NCBI GenBank assembly: GCA_964016885.1
Contig: CAXHJY010000050.1
Span: forward strand, 85,902-149,901
DNA from: Eledone cirrhosa
Lineage: Eukaryota
DNA: 64,000 nt
Reading direction: 5' to 3'
This document shows positions 57,217 to 64,000 of this stretch, piece after piece (position 1 is the stretch's first letter; each line of letters starts with the position of its first letter). Below the pieces are notes generated by a model. That model did no database searches and was not told the origin of the DNA. It saw only the letters and a list, made by a program, of their open reading frames with translations. Both the position numbers and the translations under genes were made by a program.

Positions 57217-59820
57217 TGCATTTATCTTGCTTTATGTTCATACGAGTTATCACCAAGTCACAACCAGTGACCTCAAGAGACAACAAGGTCCGCCATGTTC
57301 AAGAAAGAACATACATATTCACACATGCATCTTTAGTGTTTAGACTTGTGATGTACTTATATTGACAGAATCTTCCTTAGTATATGGGCAGTTCCCATTA
57401 GTACTATCTTTTGTATTTCTCCTATATGCGGGTTTCCTGGGATTTGCGATAAGTAATCATTAGACCCCTTAGGTATCATTCCCAGAGCGCCTACAACCAC
57501 TGGTATTGTTTTAGTTCTCAATTTCCATATTTTTCCAATTTCTATCTCCAGGTCCTTATACTTGCTCAATTTTTCAAATGTTTTTATAGATACATTCTTG
57601 TCTATTGGAACAGACATATCAATTAGCAGGCATACCCTCTTTTGAAAGTCCTTCAATATTATATCAGGTCGATTTGCATCTATTTTTCAGTCTGTTTGGA
57701 TGCTAAAGTTCCACAAGATTGAGATGTGATCTTTTTCAAGTATGGGAGGTGGTTGATGCTCCCACCAATTCTTTTGATGGGGCAGGTCAAAATGATTACA
57801 CATTATCCAATGTATGTATTGTGCTGCTCTGTCATGCCTGTTTAGGTATTCGGTTGGAGCTATAGGACTGCACATGGAAATTATATGGTCAATGGTCTCT
57901 GGTTCTTTTTTGCATACACGGCATAATGGGCTGCACCCATTTTTTATTATGTTGGCTTGGTAATTTTTTGTTGGCAGACACTGATCTTGTGCCGATATAA
58001 TCAGTCCTTCAGTCTCCGATTTCAGTCCAGAGGATGCAAACCACTGATGGGTTAAAGTTTTGTCAACATCAGGATTGTTAGCTCGTTCTGTGTGTTTTCC
58101 ATACAGAGGCTTTTCTTGCCATTTCTTAGCCAGTTTCTGTAGCAGTTCTTTCTTTGCAGTTACTTTTACCTGCTTTGCTTTTTCTGTGTTTTCCATTTCA
58201 GCAGTAAATGGGACTTCTGAAATTTGTAGTCCATTACTGTATCTTTGTGCATCTTTTGTAATGGAATATGATCTTTTCATGCTTTCGTGTTTCAAAACGA
58301 GTTTGATCATCCAATCATGTGATTCCCTAAGATATGTAGATAATCCAATTGTTGCAGTTTTCAACTCAATGTCTAACTGGATTAACCCACGTCCTCCTTC
58401 TTTCCTCGGGAGATATATTCTATCTATATCTGCCTTAGGGTGATGCATTCTGTGCATGGTTAAGAATTTTCGAATTTTTGTATCGAGCCTACGGATCTCT
58501 GTGCTTGACCAGTTGATGACATTGTAACTGTTTATGGCATCGATCCTATTCCTTGCATTCAAATCCGTTCTTAAGATTGCTCTTACTCTGCGGTAACATT
58601 CCTTCCTTATCCTTTCCCTCATTGTCGAGTGCTTGATTCCGTCTCCTTCACAAACACCTAGATATTTGTAAGTTTTTTCTTGATCAAGTTCTCTTATCAC
58701 GTTCCCCCGATCAAGATTAATGTCTGAACTCTTCAGCAGCTTTCCTCTGGTGAACGTTGCTTTGGCGCATTTATCTAGTCCAAACTCCATTTTAATGTCA
58801 TCACTGAACTGCTTCACAGTGGATAATAGCCCTTGCAATTGTTCATCATTTTTTGCAAATAGTTTCAGGTCATCCATGTAGAACAGGTGATTAATGGTTT
58901 TGTCATAGACTTTATATCCATGTTTTGTTTCATTGAGCATTTTACTTAATGGTATAAGTGCGATGCAGAATAAAAGCGGTGATAAAGAGTCACCCTGAAA
59001 AATTCCACAATTAATGTTAACTTCTCCAGCTTCCAGTGATTTTGTTTCACTATTCAAAAGGAGTGTCGTTTTCCATGTCTTCATACTGAATGACAAAAAC
59101 CTCCTGACAACGGGGGATACTTTGAAAATCTCTAAACATTTTTCAATCCAACTGTGTGGCAAACTATCAAATGCTTTTTTATAATCTATCCAAGCAATCG
59201 ATAGATTTTTGTGTCTATTATGACAATCTTCCAGTATCATTTTGTTAACCAGAAGCTGATCCTTACAGCCATATGAGCCTCGTTTACACCCTTTCTGCTC
59301 AATGGGAAATAGGTCATTTGTTATCAGGTGGTCATATGTGTATTCAGTTAGGACTGATGTTAAAATTTTATACATTGTGGTCAAGCAAGTTATCGGTCTG
59401 TAATTTTTGGGATTGTTTGTCTCATCATTCTTCGGAAGCAGGAATGTAATGCCGTTAACTAGCCATGAAGGTATCTTTTCTGGCTCCTTAACTATTTCAT
59501 TGTAAAGTTGGGCTAACAGCTCATGAGACTCTGTGAAGGCATTTATCCAAAAGTTTTGTATTTTGTCTTTTCCTGGGGATTTCCATTTGCTGGTTTTTCT
59601 TATAGCCAAGCGCAACTGTTCAACTGTTATATTTTCCCATGTTTGTTCCTCAAGGTGAGCTGTATCTTTCATTTGTCTGTCTATCCATGGGGCATGTATG
59701 TTATGAACTTTTTCTTCGGCCCAGATCTTTTCCCAGAATTCTTGCACTTCCTCCTTGGGTGGTAATGATTTAGCAGCTATTGTTGACTTACCAATTTTTC
59801 TGTAGAAGTTTCTTTGGTTG

Positions 59821-59825
<5 letters not shown>
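57217..59825 (-). mobile_element. 5'-truncated tandem copy of the Dong/R4 element (RT + RLE), with a frameshift near 57686 and a 27-bp in-frame deletion
   Basis: Near-identical to 59871-62506; ORFs 57687-59747 and 57357-57656; TAA-type tail at about 57190-57212. Confidence 0.95.

Positions 59826-59869
<44 letters not shown>
59826..59869. repeat. (TAA)n tail/target between the two Dong-like copies
   Basis: Direct reading. Confidence 0.95.
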
Positions 59870-59870
<1 letters not shown>

Positions 59871-62800
59871 TGCATTTATCTTGCTTTATGTTTATACGAG
59901 TTATCACCAAGTCACAACCAGTGACCTCAAGAGACAACAAGGTCCGCCATGTTCAAGAAAGAACACACATATTCACACATGCATCCTTAGTGTTTAGACT
60001 TGTGATGTACTTATATTGACAGGATCTTCCTTAGTATATGGGCAGTTCCCATTAGTACTATCTTTTGTATTTCTCCTATACGCGGGTTTCCTGGGATTTG
60101 CGATAAGTAGTCGTTAGACCCCTTAGGTATCATTCCCAGAGCGCCTACAACCACTGGTATTGTTTTAGTTCTCAATTTCCACATTTTTCCAATTTCTATC
60201 TCCAGGTCTTTATACTTGCTCAATTTTTCAAATGTTTTTATAGATACATTCTTGTCTATTGGAACAGACATATCAATTAGCAGGCATACCCTCCTTTGAA
60301 AGTCCTTCAATATTATATCAGGTCTATTTGCATCTATTTTTCGGTCTGTTTGGATGCTAAAGTTCCACAAGATTGAGATGTGATCTTTTTCAAGTATGGG
60401 AGGTGGTTGATGCTCCCACCAATTCTTTTGATGGGGCAGGTCAAAATGCTTGCACATTATCCAATGTATGTATTGTGCAGCTCTGTCATGCCTGTTTAGG
60501 TATTCGGTTGGAGCTATAGGACTGCACATTGAAATTATATGGTCAATGGTCTCTGGTTGTTTTTTGCATACACGGCATAATGGGCTGCACCCATTTTTTA
60601 TTATGTTGGCTTGGTAATTTTTTGTTGGCAGACACTGATCTTGTGCGGATATAATCAGTCCTTCAGTCTCCGATTTCAGTCCAGAGGATGCCAACCACTG
60701 ATGGGTTAAAGTTTTGTCAACATCAGGATTGTTAGCTCGCTCTGGGTATTTTCCATACAGAGGCTTTTCTTGCCATTTCTTAGCCAGTTTCTGTAGCAGT
60801 TCTTTCTTTGCAGTTACTTTTACCTGCTTTGCTTTTTCTGTGTTTTCCATTTCAGCAGTAAATGGGACTTCTGAAATTTGTAGTCCATTACTGTATCTTT
60901 GTGCATCTTTTGTAATGGAATATGATCTTTTGGTGCTTTCGTGTTTCAAAACGAGTTTGATCATCCAATCATGTGATTCCCTTAGATATGTGGATAATCC
61001 AATTGTTGCAGTTTTCAACGCAATGTCTAACTGGATTAACCCACGTCCTCCTTCTTTCCTAGGGAGATATATTCTATCTATGTCTGCCTTAGGGTGATGC
61101 ATTCTGTGCATGGTTAAGAATTTTCGGATTTTTGTATCGAGCCTACGGATCTCTGTGCTTGACCAGTTGATGACATTGTAACTGTAGGTTACTACTGGTA
61201 TGGCAAGCGTGTTTATGGCATCGATCCTATTCCTTGCATTCAATTCCGTTCTTAAGATTGCTCTGACTCTGCGGTAACATTCCTTCCTTATCCTTTCCCT
61301 CATTGTCGAGTGCTTGATTCCGTCTCCTTCACAAACACCTAGATATTTGTAAGTTTGTTCTTGATCAAGCTCTCTTATCACGTTCCCCCGATCAAGATTA
61401 ATGTCTGAACTCTTCAGCAGCTTTCCTCTGGTGAACGTTGCTTTGGCGCATTTATCCAGTCCAAACTCCATTTTAATGTCATCACTGAACTGCTTCACAG
61501 TGGATAATAGCCCTTGCAATTGTTCATCATTTTTTGCAAATAGTTTCAGGTCATCCATGTAGAACAGGTGATTAATGGTTTTGTCATAGACTCTATATCC
61601 ATGTTTTGTTTCATTGAGCATTTTACTTAATGGTATAAGTGCGATGCAGAATAAAAGCGGTGATAAAGAGTCACCCTGAAAAATTCCACAATTAATGTTA
61701 ACTTCTCCAGCTTCCAGTGATTTTGTTTCACTATTCCAAAGGAGTGTCGTTCTCCATGTCCTCATACTGAATGACAAAAACCTCCTGATAACGGGGGATA
61801 TTTTGAAAATCTCTAAACATTTTTCAATCCAACTGTGTGGCAAACTATCAAATGCTTTTTTATAATCTATCCAAGCGATCGATAGATTTTTGTGTCTATT
61901 ATGACAATCTTCCAGTATCATTTTGTTAACCAGAAGCTGATCCTTACAGCCATATGAGCCTCGTTTACACCCTTTCTGCTCAATGGGAAATAGGTCATTT
62001 GTTATCAGGTGGTCATATGTGTATTCAGTTAGGACTGATGTTAAAATTTTATACATTGTGGTCAAGCAGGTTATCGGTCTGTAATTTTTGGGATTGTTTG
62101 TCTCATCATTCTTCGGTAGCAGGAATGTAATGCCGTTAACTAGCCATGATGGTATCTTTTCTGGCTCCTTAACTATTTCATTGTAAAGTTGGGCTAACAG
62201 CTCATGAGACTCTGTGAAGGCATTTATCCAAAAGTTTTGTATTTTGTCTTTTCCTGGGGATTTCCATTTGCTGGTTTTTCTTAGAGCCAAGCGCAGCTGT
62301 TCAACTGTTATATTTTCCCATGTTTGTTCTTCAAGGTGAGCTGTTTCTTTCATTTGTCTGTCTATCCATGGGGCATGTATGTTATGAACTTTTTCTTCGG
62401 CCCAGATCTTTTCCCAGAATTCTTGCACTTCCTCCTTGGGTGGTATTGATTTAGCAGTTATTGTTGACTTACCAATTTTTCTGTAGAAGTTTCTTTGGTT
62501 GTTTTTGAACATATTATTGTCCTTATAGAATCTAGATCGTTTTTCAAAGCGCCTTATACGAGTAGCTTTGGCCGACACTTTTTGCTTGATTGTTTCTATC
62601 AGCATGTCTATGTCACATGTTGATCTTATACTGTACTTTTTTTTCAATTTTCTAAGTTTAGTTTGTTTAACATGTTCACCTACTTTATAGTTTGTTAAAA
62701 TTTCTATGTCAGATCGGAGAAGGTTTATTTGGCGATTGATGTTATCTTGCCAAGTAGATTTCTTGTGGGAATTCCTTTGTTTTTTCATCTTCACTCCACA

Positions 62801-63830
62801 TAAGTGAGTGGTGACTTTAGCCGATGCATAATAGAGATGATTTAAGTCAGTAATGCTTAGTTTGTTTGTGATGATAATGTTTTTGAGAATTATGTTAGTC
62901 TTGTGTATTATCTTTTGGTTCTGTTTGGAGTTCTGGATCTTAGGGAGGGTGTCTCGTTCCCCCATGTCAGATTCTTTCATTTTCATCCATTCGATCATAA
63001 TTTCATCCTTCAAGTTGGCAAGTTCATTTTCATTCATTTCTTTATCATTTACGATCTCATTATTTTCATTTGGAGTTTCATCCTGAGCATGCACTCCCTC
63101 CACTTTTTCGCTCCTTTCTTTAATTTGTTCTGTTGCCAGTGATTCCGCCCCAACTCTGGGATTCGAAGTGTTACAGTTTACCTCGTTTTCACTGACACAT
63201 GCTTCATTTTCCCTTCGCTGACTTTGTGCTACTAGCTTGATCTGATCAATTTCTATATCAGTTAGTAACTTTTTTCTTACAATATTTCTTCGTATATTGG
63301 CTAGTTTGTTACTGTCAATATAGCCTCTGTTTTCGGGATGTTTCTTTTTCCAGTTGATATATGTTTGCTCTGTATTCGATGTATTTGATGGGTAGTACAT
63401 GGCAGTGTAGAAAGCCTCAAGGACTTCTTTATTATCTTCCCTTGACCATTTTTCTCTCTTTTTCTTTGGATTTCTTGGTGGTGAGCATGGAGGGCCAACA
63501 GTAGGAGTATTCCGGTTATGGGAGGTCTCCAGCTCCGAAGTGATGGGAAGGTTTGAACCATTAGCTGATTTTTCGACCCCAGTCTGGTTCCTCTCTGAGG
63601 GACGCGGCCCTTTTTTACCCGGGTGACGGCCGATCCGGTATGAGATTTCATCATTAGACATCTACTTTATTTTGTCGCGTTTTATCCTTATCCGCCAAGG
63701 GGTAATCTTTTCGTGTTACCACTTCTAGAACGAGTGTCAACCAAGACTAGAGGGGTCGTTCTCCCCTAGAGACATGGCTATTCCCCGCCGGCCGCCATCC
63801 CGGTATTTCTTGGTCACGGGGTTTTCTTTT
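59870..63830 (-). mobile_element. Full-length R4/Dong-like element including 5' and 3' UTRs
   Basis: GC-rich structured 5' UTR at about 63662-63822; 3' UTR 59870-60010 shared with the tandem copy; (TAA)n tail. Confidence 0.9.
60011..63661 (-). CDS. Intact single-ORF R4/Dong-like non-LTR retrotransposon protein (RT + CCHC + restriction-like endonuclease), 1216 aa
   Basis: KWKSPGKD, NYRPITCL, WIDYKKAFDS, GIFQGDSLSPLLFC, HLFYMDDLK, YKYLG, CRVC..ETIDHIISMC, RHD, NRPDI, LIDMSVP, KLSKYKDL, PVVVGALG; no APE domain. Confidence 0.96.
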   Translation of the reverse strand: MSNDEISYRIGRHPGKKGPRPSERNQTGVEKSANGSNLPITSELETSHNRNTPTVGPPCSPPRNPKKKREKWSREDNKEVLEAFYTAMYYPSNTSNTEQTYINWKKKHPENRGYIDSNKLANIRRNIVRKKLLTDIEIDQIKLVAQSQRRENEACVSENEVNCNTSNPRVGAESLATEQIKERSEKVEGVHAQDETPNENNEIVNDKEMNENELANLKDEIMIEWMKMKESDMGERDTLPKIQNSKQNQKIIHKTNIILKNIIITNKLSITDLNHLYYASAKVTTHLCGVKMKKQRNSHKKSTWQDNINRQINLLRSDIEILTNYKVGEHVKQTKLRKLKKKYSIRSTCDIDMLIETIKQKVSAKATRIRRFEKRSRFYKDNNMFKNNQRNFYRKIGKSTITAKSIPPKEEVQEFWEKIWAEEKVHNIHAPWIDRQMKETAHLEEQTWENITVEQLRLALRKTSKWKSPGKDKIQNFWINAFTESHELLAQLYNEIVKEPEKIPSWLVNGITFLLPKNDETNNPKNYRPITCLTTMYKILTSVLTEYTYDHLITNDLFPIEQKGCKRGSYGCKDQLLVNKMILEDCHNRHKNLSIAWIDYKKAFDSLPHSWIEKCLEIFKISPVIRRFLSFSMRTWRTTLLWNSETKSLEAGEVNINCGIFQGDSLSPLLFCIALIPLSKMLNETKHGYRVYDKTINHLFYMDDLKLFAKNDEQLQGLLSTVKQFSDDIKMEFGLDKCAKATFTRGKLLKSSDINLDRGNVIRELDQEQTYKYLGVCEGDGIKHSTMRERIRKECYRRVRAILRTELNARNRIDAINTLAIPVVTYSYNVINWSSTEIRRLDTKIRKFLTMHRMHHPKADIDRIYLPRKEGGRGLIQLDIALKTATIGLSTYLRESHDWMIKLVLKHESTKRSYSITKDAQRYSNGLQISEVPFTAEMENTEKAKQVKVTAKKELLQKLAKKWQEKPLYGKYPERANNPDVDKTLTHQWLASSGLKSETEGLIISAQDQCLPTKNYQANIIKNGCSPLCRVCKKQPETIDHIISMCSPIAPTEYLNRHDRAAQYIHWIMCKHFDLPHQKNWWEHQPPPILEKDHISILWNFSIQTDRKIDANRPDIILKDFQRRVCLLIDMSVPIDKNVSIKTFEKLSKYKDLEIEIGKMWKLRTKTIPVVVGALGMIPKGSNDYLSQIPGNPRIGEIQKIVLMGTAHILRKILSI

Positions 63831-64000
63831 TGTTGTTTTTTTTAAATTGTTATTATCATGAGTGGTTCCTTAATGTGAGCATTGCGTGGCTTAAGAATGA
63901 AATTATTAATAATTGTCTCCACTCCAGGCCAGCAATCACCCAGTGCATTACAATAATATAATATACTTTTTGTTGTAGTTGGCTGTTATTGCTGCTGGTT

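Overview
This is AT-rich eukaryotic (animal) DNA made almost entirely of repeats, and I found no convincing host exon. The very dense (TA)n/(CA)n/(GA)n/(TAT)n microsatellites and the SINE types suggest a mollusc such as an octopus, but that is inference. Retrotransposons present: an intact 1216-aa R4/Dong-like non-LTR element with a 5'-truncated tandem copy, a decayed near-full RTE LINE with three C-terminal C2H2 fingers, a decayed Tx1/L1-like LINE, two Penelope-like elements (RT + C-terminal GIY-YIG), and small R4, CRE, HERO and RTE remnants. There is also a Tigger/pogo remnant, two tiny Tc1/mariner MITEs and many tRNA-derived SINEs. The main hidden signal is non-coding. The short islands between (TA)n runs (about 2-27 kb) carry about eight distinct families of type I hammerhead-ribozyme (HHR) folds. 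Several have non-canonical cores (CAGAAGA; U3-A8 TTGANAA; GCAA; U.U at the base of stem II), and many sit in foldback modules. This pattern fits Penelope pseudo-LTRs or non-autonomous ribozyme-bearing retroelements that target (TA)n. Most short ORFs in the track are microsatellite translations. All folds were paired by eye, and coordinates of degraded elements are approximate.
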